A stretch of DNA of 64,000 nucleotides from Bacteroidales bacterium (lineage in GTDB: Bacteria > Bacteroidota > Bacteroidia > Bacteroidales > VadinHA17): positions 135,341-199,340 of the forward strand of contig DAOSAY010000001.1 in assembly GCA_035360515.1 (NCBI GenBank), read 5' to 3'. Below are positions 1 to 10,057 of the stretch, in pieces; positions within the stretch are counted from its first letter, which is position 1, and each line of letters opens with the position of its first letter. A program made the translations under genes and the position numbers. The notes beneath the pieces are model-generated. The model was not told the DNA's origin. It saw only the letters and a program-made list of their open reading frames with translations, and searched no databases.

Positions 1-282
1 CATTCCTTTGTGCTTGCGCAATTCCACCATAAGGTTAATATACTGCTCTTTCTTCGGATGTTTCTTAGGATCAACAATCTCTGCCTTATCAATATTCTTC
101 AATCCGAGTGATTTTGCATGTGCATGAACCTCATCTGGATTCCCTATGAGTACAATCGATGCTATGCCCTCTTCAATACAAATATCCGCTGCTTTTAAAG
201 TGCGTTCTTCGTATCCTTCAGGCAATACAATTTTTTTCCTGAGCCTTTTTGCATTCTCTTTTATCTTATCTAACAATTCCAT
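1..282 (-). CDS. pta: phosphate acetyltransferase, N-terminal part (gene continues past the left edge of the window)
   Basis: Own translation of the minus strand from ATG (complement of 280..282): MELLDKIKENAKRLRKKIVLPEGYEERTLKAADICIEEGIASIVLIGNPDEVHAHAKSLGL...VELRKHKGM. This matches the conserved N-terminus of short-form Pta / phosphate butyryltransferase enzymes. It is absent from the ORF track because it is truncated. Confidence 0.7.
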   Translation of the reverse strand, partial: MELLDKIKENAKRLRKKIVLPEGYEERTLKAADICIEEGIASIVLIGNPDEVHAHAKSLGLKNIDKAEIVDPKKHPKKEQYINLMVELRKHKGM

Positions 283-477
283 TGTAAATCAATAATTTAA
301 GTTTATAGAAATTTTTTCTAAATGTACGAAAAAAAATATCTTTTAAACAAATGTAAAAATCATGTTTAATATAATCTTTTGTATTTTATGCATTTAACTA
401 AAAGTTATAATAATTTTAAGAGTTTACATGAAACATTTTTTATTTTAGCAGCCTGGATGTAAATAAAATTAAGTGTA

Positions 478-3408
478 ATGAAAAGTCTTTTTAAAAAATT
501 TGACCAGTTAAAAAGAGATATTGAAGGCGAATTGAGATACGACACTATAACAAGGACTATATATTCAACTGATGCCTCTGTTTACAGAGAAGTTCCTTTA
601 TGTGTTACATGGCCACACGGTATTGACGACATAAAAAAAATCATAAAGTTCGCAGGAAATGAAAAAATTGCAGTAATACCCAGAGCGGCAGGGACATCCC
701 TTGCAGGTCAGGTCGTAGGAAAAGGGATAATTGTGGATATTTCAAGGCACATGAACAGAATTCTTGAAGTAAACCCAGAAGAAAGATATGTTAGAGTTGA
801 ACCGGGCGTTGTCCTTGACGAACTTAATATTTTTCTCAGAAAATATGGGTTGTTTTTTGGACCTGAAACCTCAACAGCAAACCGTTGTAACATAGGGGGA
901 ATGGCAGGCAATAATGCTTGTGGACTTCATTCCCTGATTTACGGTTCAACAAGGGATCATATCATTGAGCTAAAAGCTGTACTTTCCGACGGAAGTGAAG
1001 TTGTTTTCGGGCCGGTAAATCAAGAAACTTTTAATGAAAAATGTAAATACAACAATCTCGAAGGGAAGATTTATCGTAACATTTTCGATATACTTTCCAA
1101 TCCGTTGAACAAAAAAATTATTATTGAAGAATATCCGGATAGGTCTATTACCAGGAGAAACACAGGATATGCACTCGACCTTTTGCTTGAAAATTCAGTT
1201 TTTGACAGAAACTCTGCCAACCTGTTTAATTTCTCGAAGCTCATTGCTGGTTCTGAAGGAACACTCGCAATAATAACTGAATTAAAACTTAACCTGCTAC
1301 CCCTTCCCTCACCTCATAAAGCACTGGTATGTATACATCTGCATAAGAGAAATGAAGCATTTCTTGCCAATCTTGTTGCCCTGAGACATCATCCTTCTGC
1401 TGTTGAAATGATGGACGACAGGATACTGGAGCTCACGAAAGGAAATATTACACAGAGAAAAAACAGGTTTTTCATTAAAGGTGAGCCAGGTGCTATCCTT
1501 ATTGTAGAATTTATTAGAGATACACCGGAGCAACTTACAGAAGCTATTGAGGTGATGATTGAGGATATGAAAAATTCAGGCTTTGGTTATCATTTTCCGG
1601 TAATACAGGGCAAAGATATTTCAAAAGTATGGGATTTAAGGAAAGCAGGTCTGGGAGTACTTTCAAACTTGAAAGGTGATGCGAAACCTGTATCGCTCAT
1701 CGAAGATTCTGCTCTCAATGTTGAAACATTGCCTGCATATATGGAGGAATTTGAAAAAATGCTCAAAAAGTATGGAAAAGAATGCGTATATCATGCCCAT
1801 ATCGGTACAGGAGAATTGCATACCCGGCCAATTCTTAATCTGAAAGACCCAGGTGATGTAAAACTTTTCCGCACTATAGGACTTGAAACTGCGAAACTTG
1901 TAAAAAAATACAGGGGTTCGATGAGTGGAGAGCATGGAGACGGCAGATTGAGAGGAGAATTTGTACCAATAATAATAGGTGAACACAACTACAATCTCCT
2001 TAAACAAATAAAGTCATGCTGGGACCCTCAAAATATTCTCAATCCGGGGAAAATAATCGACACCCCTCCAATGGATACCTTTCTAAGATATAAGCCCGGC
2101 CAAAAGACCCCTGACCTTAAAACATACTTTGATTTTTCTTCGACCGATGGTGTAATAAGGGCAGCAGAGAGCTGCAATGGTTCAGCTGATTGTCGAAAAT
2201 CAGCAATAATAGGAGGAGTTATGTGTCCCAGCTATATGGCCACAAAAGAAGAAAAGAACACCACCAGAGCGAGGGCAAATGTACTCAGAGAGTTCCTGTC
2301 AAAAGAAAATGGCAATTCATGGAACAGCCGGGAAATTTACGAGATACTGGATTTATGCCTGTCATGTAAGGGATGTAAATCGGAATGTCCTTCAAATGTT
2401 GATATTGCCAAATTAAAAGCAGAATTTCTGCAGCACTGGTATCACCGCCATGGAGCACCATTAAGAAGTATTGCAGTGGCATACATGCCTTATCTGACCA
2501 GATTAGGTGCTCTAGCCCCATCTTTGTTTAATTACTTTGTAACAAATAAGGTTTTCTCAAGTTTAATAAAAAGAATTCTAAGGTTTTCCGTTAAAAGATC
2601 TATACCGGGTGTATATCGTGTAACATTAAGAAAATGGTTAAAAAAGAATCTTGAAAAGATTAACCCTGTCAATCCGATTGGTACAGTATGCCTGTTTATT
2701 GATGAATTTACAGATTTAAACGATACAGAAATCGGGATTAAAGCAGTGAAGCTTCTAACATCTCTTAATTATAAAATTGTTGTTGCAGATCATACAGTAA
2801 GTGCCCGGACATTTCTGTCGAAGGGATTTCTTAAAAAAGCAAGAAGGCGGATTAATAGGAATATATTGGTTCTAAGTGACATAGTAAATGAGAGAGTACC
2901 CCTGGTAGGCATAGAACCTTCTGCAATTTTAGGATTCAGGGACGAATACCCGGAACTTGCAAGTATTAAATACAAAGAAGATGCAAAAAGGATCGCCCTG
3001 AACACTTATCTCTTTGATGAATTTATTGCACTTGAACATAAAAAAGGTAATATAAGCAAAGAAAGATTCTGCAGAGAAGGGAAGACAGTGCTTGTGCATA
3101 CACATTGCCAGCAGAAATCAATTGCTTCGTCAGCTTCGCTTATTGAAAGTTTGTCAATACCTGGTTATACAATAAAAGAGATTCCATCAGGATGCTGTGG
3201 AATGGCAGGTTCTTTTGGATATGAAAAGGAACATTATGAACTATCTAATAAAATTGGAGAACTTATTTTGTTTCCTGAAGTTAGAAATGCTCCTGAAAAT
3301 ACAATTATTTGTGCCCCTGGAACAAGTTGCAGACATCATATAAAAGAAGGTACTGGCAGAAAGGCGCTACATCCTGCTGAAATACTCTATGATGCTCTAA
3401 TGAAATGA
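478..3408 (+). CDS. FAD-binding and Fe-S-binding oxidoreductase (GlcD-like FAD-linked oxidase fused to a GlcF/HdrD-like cysteine-rich domain)
   Basis: 976 aa ORF. N-terminal FAD-linked oxidase segments (PRAAGTSLAGQ, GEHGDGRLR), a ferredoxin-type cluster motif CLSCKGCKSECP, and a C-terminal CCG-type motif SGCCGMAG. Confidence 0.85.
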   Translation: MKSLFKKFDQLKRDIEGELRYDTITRTIYSTDASVYREVPLCVTWPHGIDDIKKIIKFAGNEKIAVIPRAAGTSLAGQVVGKGIIVDISRHMNRILEVNPEERYVRVEPGVVLDELNIFLRKYGLFFGPETSTANRCNIGGMAGNNACGLHSLIYGSTRDHIIELKAVLSDGSEVVFGPVNQETFNEKCKYNNLEGKIYRNIFDILSNPLNKKIIIEEYPDRSITRRNTGYALDLLLENSVFDRNSANLFNFSKLIAGSEGTLAIITELKLNLLPLPSPHKALVCIHLHKRNEAFLANLVALRHHPSAVEMMDDRILELTKGNITQRKNRFFIKGEPGAILIVEFIRDTPEQLTEAIEVMIEDMKNSGFGYHFPVIQGKDISKVWDLRKAGLGVLSNLKGDAKPVSLIEDSALNVETLPAYMEEFEKMLKKYGKECVYHAHIGTGELHTRPILNLKDPGDVKLFRTIGLETAKLVKKYRGSMSGEHGDGRLRGEFVPIIIGEHNYNLLKQIKSCWDPQNILNPGKIIDTPPMDTFLRYKPGQKTPDLKTYFDFSSTDGVIRAAESCNGSADCRKSAIIGGVMCPSYMATKEEKNTTRARANVLREFLSKENGNSWNSREIYEILDLCLSCKGCKSECPSNVDIAKLKAEFLQHWYHRHGAPLRSIAVAYMPYLTRLGALAPSLFNYFVTNKVFSSLIKRILRFSVKRSIPGVYRVTLRKWLKKNLEKINPVNPIGTVCLFIDEFTDLNDTEIGIKAVKLLTSLNYKIVVADHTVSARTFLSKGFLKKARRRINRNILVLSDIVNERVPLVGIEPSAILGFRDEYPELASIKYKEDAKRIALNTYLFDEFIALEHKKGNISKERFCREGKTVLVHTHCQQKSIASSASLIESLSIPGYTIKEIPSGCCGMAGSFGYEKEHYELSNKIGELILFPEVRNAPENTIICAPGTSCRHHIKEGTGRKALHPAEILYDALMK

Positions 3409-3466
3409 AATTAAGTGTACAGAATAAAAATAACTCCTGTTAAGCTTGTTAATGAGATTTTATTCG

Positions 3467-4633
3467 CTATTTCTTCTTCTCTAATGAATTATAATAATCT
3501 GTAAATATACTATTTATAAGAGGTCTGTAATAAAGCCAGAAAAATCTTCTTGGGTCATTTTCTTTGCTTGAATAGAGAATACCTTTAAGTTTTTCAATTC
3601 CATTAAAACGTGACAGGCAACTATTCACCTTGTTTGCAGTGAAATCACCGCAGAAATAATAAGTCCTGTGATTTTCAGGGCTAACAATAACAGCTGGAAA
3701 TTCTTTCTGCAAACCATTATCTTCAAGCAATGAGTCTCCAGGTGGCAATGTTTCAAGGCGATATTTTGAAACAACTTCATTGTCTTTTGGGTCAATTATA
3801 TCAAACCAGCCTTCAAAACCAACTTTATCAATCATCCCATATTTTTTTGTGTACGTTGAATCTGTTACTATAAAAGGTAAAGCTGATTTTAGATGAGTAC
3901 CCTCTTCAAGAACAACTATATTTATACCTTTAAGAAATACAATGCCTGGTTTCGTGAATGTCCAGGGTTTCATATATTGTCTTCTGTACATTGCAGTCAT
4001 CCATATCGGGAAGTTGTCCTTATTTATTTTTGCTGCGGTGTCGAGTGAACTGAAATATTTTCCGGTCCAGCCATCAAATTCAATGCCCAATTTTTCCTTG
4101 AGTTTATATCTTTCCAGATCCGCTGTGGGGTAATCAAGTGTATTATACTCAAGAATACAGAGCTTATTTCTAAGCTGCATCTCAACAAGATAGAGATAGT
4201 CTGTATTATTAAGTCCTCCGTAAAGTTTTCGTGACCTGCGGCTTTTGCTTATTCCTCTGTACCAGTCATTCATGTAAACGCCGTAGGTGTCAGTATAATA
4301 TAATGCGTCTACCGAGTCGGTAACTTCCATTATATCAGTAAGCCGGAGATTAACCTGTTTCCAGCCTTTTTTTCTCAGAGGTCTGGTGGGATAAAATCCG
4401 AAATAATCTTTTCTGAATGAATAACTGCCACCTTTTTTCTTTGTAAATCTTTCATTGGTTAGGACCCACATTAAAGATTTGTGGTGTAGTCTTTCCATAT
4501 TGGGTACTGTCTTGTCAAGGATAATCATTCCTATCGGCTTTTTCTCCTGAAAAAACCAGCTTAGATAGCTAATAGCAGGAATGAGAAGGAGCAGTCCCAG
4601 AATAATGACTAGAATAATTAAAGTTTTTTTCAT
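3467..4633 (-). CDS. hypothetical protein with N-terminal membrane anchor
   Basis: 388 aa ORF with a single N-terminal hydrophobic helix (KKTLIILVIILGLLLLIPAISYLSWFF). It contains no motif I can assign. It is a long uninterrupted frame with only short shadow ORFs opposite. Confidence 0.6.
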   Translation of the reverse strand: MKKTLIILVIILGLLLLIPAISYLSWFFQEKKPIGMIILDKTVPNMERLHHKSLMWVLTNERFTKKKGGSYSFRKDYFGFYPTRPLRKKGWKQVNLRLTDIMEVTDSVDALYYTDTYGVYMNDWYRGISKSRRSRKLYGGLNNTDYLYLVEMQLRNKLCILEYNTLDYPTADLERYKLKEKLGIEFDGWTGKYFSSLDTAAKINKDNFPIWMTAMYRRQYMKPWTFTKPGIVFLKGINIVVLEEGTHLKSALPFIVTDSTYTKKYGMIDKVGFEGWFDIIDPKDNEVVSKYRLETLPPGDSLLEDNGLQKEFPAVIVSPENHRTYYFCGDFTANKVNSCLSRFNGIEKLKGILYSSKENDPRRFFWLYYRPLINSIFTDYYNSLEKKK

Positions 4634-4796
4634 AACTGAAATAATATTTGAAATAATTCAAATACCTTGATTTTCAATGCATTTAGGTCAAACAACCTTA
4701 AAATATCAAAATTTAATTGTTAAAAGTATTAATTTATTTTCAGTAAAGAAAAAAATTTTCTACCAATTTAGTAAAAAATAATTAACATATTACCAA

Positions 4797-6518
4797 TCAA
4801 TATCCACAAGCAACATTATTTCCTCTCGGGTCAGCTCCCGAATGACGTAACCCATTTTTATCAATCATAATCGCATTTACTCTACCAATGGCAGAACGGG
4901 TATAAAATTTATGCCCTAAATTACGTAAAACAGCTATTGTTAATGAATCAATGCTTTCTTTTTCCATATCAGTCTGGTCGGGAAGCCATTGGTTATGGAA
5001 ACGTCCTGCGATAACAGCATCTTTTATGCTCATCCTGAAATCAATCACATTCACGATAACCTGAAACACTGATGTTGGAATTGTTGAACCTCCAGGTGAG
5101 CCGAGAATCAGAAAAAGCTTTTTGTTTTTTTCAACTATTGCCGGTGTCATCGAACTCAGCATTCTCTTGCCAGGTTGTATTGAATTGGCCTCACTGCCGG
5201 TAAGTCCATAAATATTTGGATAACCTGGTTTTATTGAAAAATCGTCCATCTGATTATTAAGCAGAAATCCAGCTCCTTCAACTACTATAGATGTTCCGAA
5301 GGTTGCGTTAAGGGTTGTGGTTGCCGCTACGGCATTCCCAAATGCATCAACAACTGAATAATGAGTAGTTTCCTCTGATTCTATCCATTCAGGATTTCCG
5401 GCTGTGATTTCCTCTGGCGATGAAGCTTTTCTCATGTCGACATTGCTTATTCTTCCTTTCAGATATCTTTTATTAATCAGTCCATTTACCGGTATTTTAA
5501 CATAATCCGGATCTCCCAGGAATTCAGCTCTATCGGCAAATGCTCTTTTTTCGGCTTCAATCATTATATGGATTGCTTTAGCAGAATGAAAACCCCATTT
5601 TCTTAAAGGGAAATTTTCAACCATGCCAAGTAATTGAAGGAGTATTATTCCCCCTCCTGAAGGTGGGGGTGCCGCGATAATTCTGTATCCACGATATGTA
5701 CCGGTAACAGGTTCTCTCCATTGTGCATCGTATGAGGCAAGGTCCTCAGACGTAATTAACCCATTACCTCTTTTCATTTCAGCCTCAATTCGTTGTGCTG
5801 TTATTCCTTTATAAAAACCGTCACGACCATAATCACGTATAAGTTTAAGAGTATTTGCCAGTTCCGGTTGTATCAATGTGTCTCCTTCTTTCCACAATGA
5901 ATCTTTCACAAAGGCAGGCCTGATTCGGTTTCGTTCAATAAAATTTATTCTGTTGGCATTAAGCGATTTTGCCTGAACTGCAGTAACAGGAAATCCCTTC
6001 TCAGCGAGATCAATAGCTGGCTGAATTATCTCATTAAAAGGAAGCTTTCCATATTTTGAATGTACTTTTATTATCCCGTCGACAGTACCCGGTACTCCGC
6101 AAGCAAGGTGGGAATTTGTACTCAATCCTCTTATAACGTTACCGGCAGAATCAAGAAACATATCACGCCTTGACGCAGCCGGGGCTTTTTCTCTGTAATC
6201 TATAGCATCGGTTTCACCGCTGGCTTTTCTAATTACCATGAACCCACCTCCCCCTAAATTTCCTGCTTCAGGATAACATACAGCCAGGGCAAATTCAACA
6301 GCAGCAGCTGCATCCATAGCATTCCCGCCTTTCCTGAGGATGTTTATACCTACTTTTGAGCTCTCTGGATGAGCAGAAACAACCATCCCACTATCTGAAG
6401 TAATGAACTGCCCTTCACTAAACAGACTATTTGAATTATCAGCCTCATTCCTGCTGCATCCAGAAATTAGTAATACAAAAAGAACTGAAATACAGATAAT
6501 TCCTTTACAAAAGCTCAT
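4797..6518 (-). CDS. ggt: gamma-glutamyltransferase, lipoprotein-type signal
   Basis: 573 aa. Lipobox LLISGC. Family-typical blocks GGGGFMV, PPPSGGG, the autoprocessing/nucleophile region EETTHYSVVD, and GSPGGSTI. Confidence 0.9.
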   Translation of the reverse strand: MSFCKGIICISVLFVLLISGCSRNEADNSNSLFSEGQFITSDSGMVVSAHPESSKVGINILRKGGNAMDAAAAVEFALAVCYPEAGNLGGGGFMVIRKASGETDAIDYREKAPAASRRDMFLDSAGNVIRGLSTNSHLACGVPGTVDGIIKVHSKYGKLPFNEIIQPAIDLAEKGFPVTAVQAKSLNANRINFIERNRIRPAFVKDSLWKEGDTLIQPELANTLKLIRDYGRDGFYKGITAQRIEAEMKRGNGLITSEDLASYDAQWREPVTGTYRGYRIIAAPPPSGGGIILLQLLGMVENFPLRKWGFHSAKAIHIMIEAEKRAFADRAEFLGDPDYVKIPVNGLINKRYLKGRISNVDMRKASSPEEITAGNPEWIESEETTHYSVVDAFGNAVAATTTLNATFGTSIVVEGAGFLLNNQMDDFSIKPGYPNIYGLTGSEANSIQPGKRMLSSMTPAIVEKNKKLFLILGSPGGSTIPTSVFQVIVNVIDFRMSIKDAVIAGRFHNQWLPDQTDMEKESIDSLTIAVLRNLGHKFYTRSAIGRVNAIMIDKNGLRHSGADPRGNNVACGY

Positions 6519-6654
6519 GATGATTCTACAGTATTTAATAAATGTCTGTAAATATGTAAAAAAAGTTGCTTTGTATCTCTTAAATTTGTGATTATATTAA
6601 TTCCTGCTGAAATAAAAAGTGTTTTTAATACTTTTACATGGATAATAAGTAAAG

Positions 6655-7959
6655 ATGTTAGCCAATCAACCATTAGCCGACAGGATGAGGCCTCAGGACC
6701 TTGATGAGTTTTGTGGCCAGGAACACCTTGTGGGTGAGAACTCAGTATTGCGGAAAGCTATTGAAACAGGAAATATACCTTCTTTTATTATATGGGGTCC
6801 TCCCGGTGTTGGTAAAACTACTCTTGCATGGATTATTGCAAACAGGTTAAAACGTCCTTTCTACCAGCTAAGTGCAGTACATTCAGGAGTGAAGGAAGTT
6901 AGAGAAACAATAGAAAAAGCAAAAAAACAACAATTTTTCAACAGACCGAATCCTATCTTGTTCATTGATGAAATCCACCGATTCAATAAATCACAGCAGG
7001 ATTCACTTCTGAATGCTGTTGAAAAAGGGATACTTACACTGATAGGAGCAACAACGGAAAATCCATCTTTTGAAGTTATTTCCCCTCTCCTCTCCCGTTG
7101 CCAGGTATATATTATGAATCCACTTACAGATGAAGACCTTATAAAGCTCATAAACAAAGCGATAATAAAAGATCCATACCTGTCAAAATACAAAATACAC
7201 ATTGAAGAAACAGAAGCACTTTTAAGAGCAGCCGCAGGTGACGCAAGAAAACTGTATAATGCACTTGAGCTAGTTGTAACATCTGAGCTTGATGAGCACC
7301 CTGATGGCGATATAAGAATTACAAACGAAAAAGTGAAAGCAGTTATCCAGAAAAACCTTGCTTTATATGATAAAGGCGGTGATCAGCATTATGACATTAT
7401 ATCAGCATTCATAAAATCTATCAGGGGAAGCGACCCTAATGCTGCTGTATACTGGCTTGCAAGAATGGTAGAAGGAGGTGAAGATCCGTTATTTATTGCC
7501 AGAAGGATGGTAATTCTTGCTGCAGAAGATATAGGACTGGCAAATCCCAACGCTCTGTTAATGGCCCAAACATGTTTTGAAGCTGTCAATGTAATAGGTT
7601 GGCCCGAAGCCAGAATAATTCTTTCTGAAGCAGCCATTTATCTTGCTGTGTCGCCTAAAAGTAATTCATCCTATATGGCTATTGAGAAAGCCCAGAGTAA
7701 AGTAAGAGAAACAGGCGACCTTTCTGTACCACTTCATATAAGAAATGCTCCAACAAGACTTATGAAAGAACTTGGTTACGGTAAGGAATACAAATACGCT
7801 CACGATTATGATGGTAATTTTATAAGGGATAATTTTTTACCCGAAGAAATTAAAGGTACAATATTTTACGAACCAGGTGAGAATCCCAGAGAAGCAGAAA
7901 TAAGAAAAAAGATTGCTTCAATGTGGAAAGACTTTTACAATTACAAACCGGAAATTTAA
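6655..7959 (+). CDS. rarA: replication-associated recombination protein A (MgsA/RarA AAA+ ATPase)
   Basis: 434 aa. Walker A GPPGVGKTT, Walker B LFIDEIHRFNK, and a MgsA-type C-terminal region (HYDIISAFIKSIRGSDPNAAVYWLARM). Confidence 0.9.
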   Translation: MLANQPLADRMRPQDLDEFCGQEHLVGENSVLRKAIETGNIPSFIIWGPPGVGKTTLAWIIANRLKRPFYQLSAVHSGVKEVRETIEKAKKQQFFNRPNPILFIDEIHRFNKSQQDSLLNAVEKGILTLIGATTENPSFEVISPLLSRCQVYIMNPLTDEDLIKLINKAIIKDPYLSKYKIHIEETEALLRAAAGDARKLYNALELVVTSELDEHPDGDIRITNEKVKAVIQKNLALYDKGGDQHYDIISAFIKSIRGSDPNAAVYWLARMVEGGEDPLFIARRMVILAAEDIGLANPNALLMAQTCFEAVNVIGWPEARIILSEAAIYLAVSPKSNSSYMAIEKAQSKVRETGDLSVPLHIRNAPTRLMKELGYGKEYKYAHDYDGNFIRDNFLPEEIKGTIFYEPGENPREAEIRKKIASMWKDFYNYKPEI

Positions 7960-8009
7960 CTGGTAAGTTTTTTTGATTACCTTTACCTGCTTAAAAAAGA
8001 AATTTACAA

Positions 8010-8822
8010 TTGAATATACCTAACATTAAATATCTGGATTCCGGAAATTTTCTTCTGATAGCCGGACCCTGTGTGGTTGAAAACAGGGAAGTTACATTTA
8101 CTACTGCATCTTTTCTTACAGAGCTTGCCGAAAAGTATTCTGTTCCGTTTATTTTTAAATCTTCATACCGAAAAGCTAACAGGTCAAAATCTGACTCATT
8201 CACAGGGATTGGTGATATTCCTGCTTTAGAAATTCTCGCAGAAGTGCGTAAAGAGTTTTCTGTTCCTGTAATAACTGATATTCACAATCCTCATGAAGCC
8301 AGTATTGCAGCTAAATATGTTGATGTTCTGCAGATTCCGGCTTTTTTATGCAGGCAAACAGATCTTCTGGTAGCTGCTGCAATGACGGGTAAATGGATAA
8401 ATATCAAAAAAGGTCAGTTTGTTTCAGGCAGATCAATGCGTTTTGCAGTGGAAAAAATTCGTAATGCAGGTAATAATAATATAATGCTGACTGAAAGAGG
8501 CAATTCATTTGGTTATAATGATCTCGTTGTGGATTTCCGTAACATTCCTGAAATGAAAAGTATAGGTGTTCCGGTGATTGTTGATATAACACATTCGGTT
8601 CAGCAGCCCAACCAGGAGTCGGGTGTAAGCGGAGGCAGGCCAGAAATGATAGAAACACTCGGAAGAGCTGCTATAGCCGCTGGAGCCGATGGCGTATTCA
8701 TGGAAACTCATCCCGACCCAGCAAGTGCTCTGTCAGACGGTGCCAACATGCTTAAACTATCAGAAATGGAAAAATTGTTAGCAAAACTTGTCGCTATAAG
8801 AAGAACCGTTATATCATTCTAA
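8010..8822 (+). CDS. kdsA: 3-deoxy-8-phosphooctulonate synthase
   Basis: 270 aa with a TTG start at 8010. LIAGPCVVE, KSSYRKANRS and ITHSVQQP blocks are typical of KDO8P synthase. Confidence 0.9.
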   Translation: MNIPNIKYLDSGNFLLIAGPCVVENREVTFTTASFLTELAEKYSVPFIFKSSYRKANRSKSDSFTGIGDIPALEILAEVRKEFSVPVITDIHNPHEASIAAKYVDVLQIPAFLCRQTDLLVAAAMTGKWINIKKGQFVSGRSMRFAVEKIRNAGNNNIMLTERGNSFGYNDLVVDFRNIPEMKSIGVPVIVDITHSVQQPNQESGVSGGRPEMIETLGRAAIAAGADGVFMETHPDPASALSDGANMLKLSEMEKLLAKLVAIRRTVISF

Positions 8823-8844
8823 ATTAATTATTTACAAATTAAAA

Positions 8845-9534
8845 ATGAAATTTATGAAAAAATCTGTTCTTATTATTTTAATCTTTCTGGCTGCACTTGC
8901 AGCAGTTCAGGCACAATCCCTGGAAGAAATTGTAAAGAGGCAGTCGCAGGCATTGAAAGAAGAGGCTTTTGATAATATCAAGACATTGAAAATTACAGGA
9001 AATCTTAGCCAGTCAGGTATGATTATCGGAATGACAACTTATTATAAATTTCCTGAAAAATCGAGAATAGCCCTTTCCTTTAATGGACAGGAAGTAATTC
9101 AGTTATACGATGGGAATAAAGCTTATTTAATAAATCCGATGGCTGGAGGAGCCCCTCAGGAACTTTCACCTGATCAGGCTGCAAACCTGAAAAACAACAG
9201 CACTTTCAGAAGTCCGCTGGCACGCTATCTCAAGGAAGGAAAATTAACACTCGAAGGCACCGAAAATGTTAATGATAAACCTGCTTTCAAGATAAAGGCC
9301 GTTGATGGTGGCACTATTATGTATTTCTTTATTGATAAAAGCTCATGGCTACCGGTTAAAACGACAGTAATTCAGAATGGAATAAATGTCGATACTTTTC
9401 AAGAATGGGGTGATCTTGACGGTATCATTCTACCAAAAGTTTCAACCACAAAAGCTGGAAATATTGAAATCACAATTAAAATAGAAAAAGCGGAAATCAA
9501 TATTCCGCTTGAAGATAGTTTGTTTAAAATCTGA
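8845..9534 (+). CDS. secreted LolA-like / lipoprotein-sorting-like protein (hypothetical)
   Basis: 229 aa with a cleavable-looking signal peptide (LIFLAALAAVQAQS) and a beta-rich sequence. The assignment is by general resemblance only. Confidence 0.5.
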   Translation: MKFMKKSVLIILIFLAALAAVQAQSLEEIVKRQSQALKEEAFDNIKTLKITGNLSQSGMIIGMTTYYKFPEKSRIALSFNGQEVIQLYDGNKAYLINPMAGGAPQELSPDQAANLKNNSTFRSPLARYLKEGKLTLEGTENVNDKPAFKIKAVDGGTIMYFFIDKSSWLPVKTTVIQNGINVDTFQEWGDLDGIILPKVSTTKAGNIEITIKIEKAEINIPLEDSLFKI

Positions 9535-9556
9535 ATTTATTTCCGGGTAAACAACC

Positions 9557-9578
9557 AAAAGGGAGAATTCTCCCTTTT
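9557..9578. terminator. bidirectional intrinsic terminator between the LolA-like gene (+) and rnpB (-)
   Basis: The sequence aaaagggagaattctccctttt forms a GGGAGA/TCTCCC stem flanked by an A-run on one side and a T-run on the other. It therefore reads as hairpin plus U-tract on both strands. Confidence 0.65.
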
Positions 9579-9587
9579 GTTGTTTAT

Positions 9588-9961
9588 GCAGCTGGCCTGT
9601 AAGCCGGGTTCTGTAGGGATTCTTTCTTCTACTCGAGAGCCCGGAATCCCTTTCCATCATCTATCTGGTCCCGTCATTGCTGGCGGGATCATACGACCTA
9701 CCCCCCGGCATCGGACGAGCAGTCCTCAGGCGCCGGTATACATGGTCTTTCAACCCATAAGGTGCACGGCTTCCTGTGTCACCACAGGAACCGGTGAGCT
9801 CTTACCTCACCTTTTCACCCTTATCCCGACAGGGTCGGGACGGTTATTTTCTGTTGCACTTCTATACCCTCACGGGTATCTTCCGGTTAGGAAGTATGGT
9901 GCTCTGTGTTGCCCGGACTTTCCTTTCCGCCTGTCGGCGGAACGATGGAACGGCCTGCTGC
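9588..9961 (-). ncRNA. rnpB: RNase P RNA, bacterial type A
   Basis: This is a GC-rich island in an AT-rich genome. The minus strand carries GGAAAGGAAAGTCCGGGC (complement of 9911..9928). It also carries GGGATAAGGGTGAAAAGGTGAGGTAAGAGCTCACC, the classic GGGTAAGGGTGAAA..GGTAAGAGC block. The 3' element ACAGAACCCGGCTTACAGGCCAGCTGC pairs with the 5' end GCAGCAGGCC to form P1. The ends are good to a few nt. Confidence 0.9.
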
Positions 9962-9966
9962 AGTTG

Positions 9967-9998
9967 CAAAATTAATAAAAATATGCCTGTTTTACAAC
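9967..9998 (-). promoter_or_regulatory. Bacteroidota-type promoter for rnpB
   Basis: The minus strand reads TAATTTTG (complement of 9967..9974), a TAnnTTTG -7 box. A GTTG sits about 20 nt upstream (complement of 9995..9998). The predicted start, about 5 nt past the box, coincides with the inferred 5' end of the P1 helix. Confidence 0.55.
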
Positions 9999-10057
9999 AT
10001 TATTCTTGAAGAGAGTAAAGTTTTATTATTAAATAAATAATTCATTATCAACCTGTT

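Noticed and set aside
9577-10009. Two plus-strand ORFs in the track (132 aa and 77 aa), rich in Pro/Arg/Gly/Cys.
   Set aside because: They overlie the GC-rich RNase P RNA gene on the opposite strand. Their composition reflects structured-RNA sequence, not coding potential.
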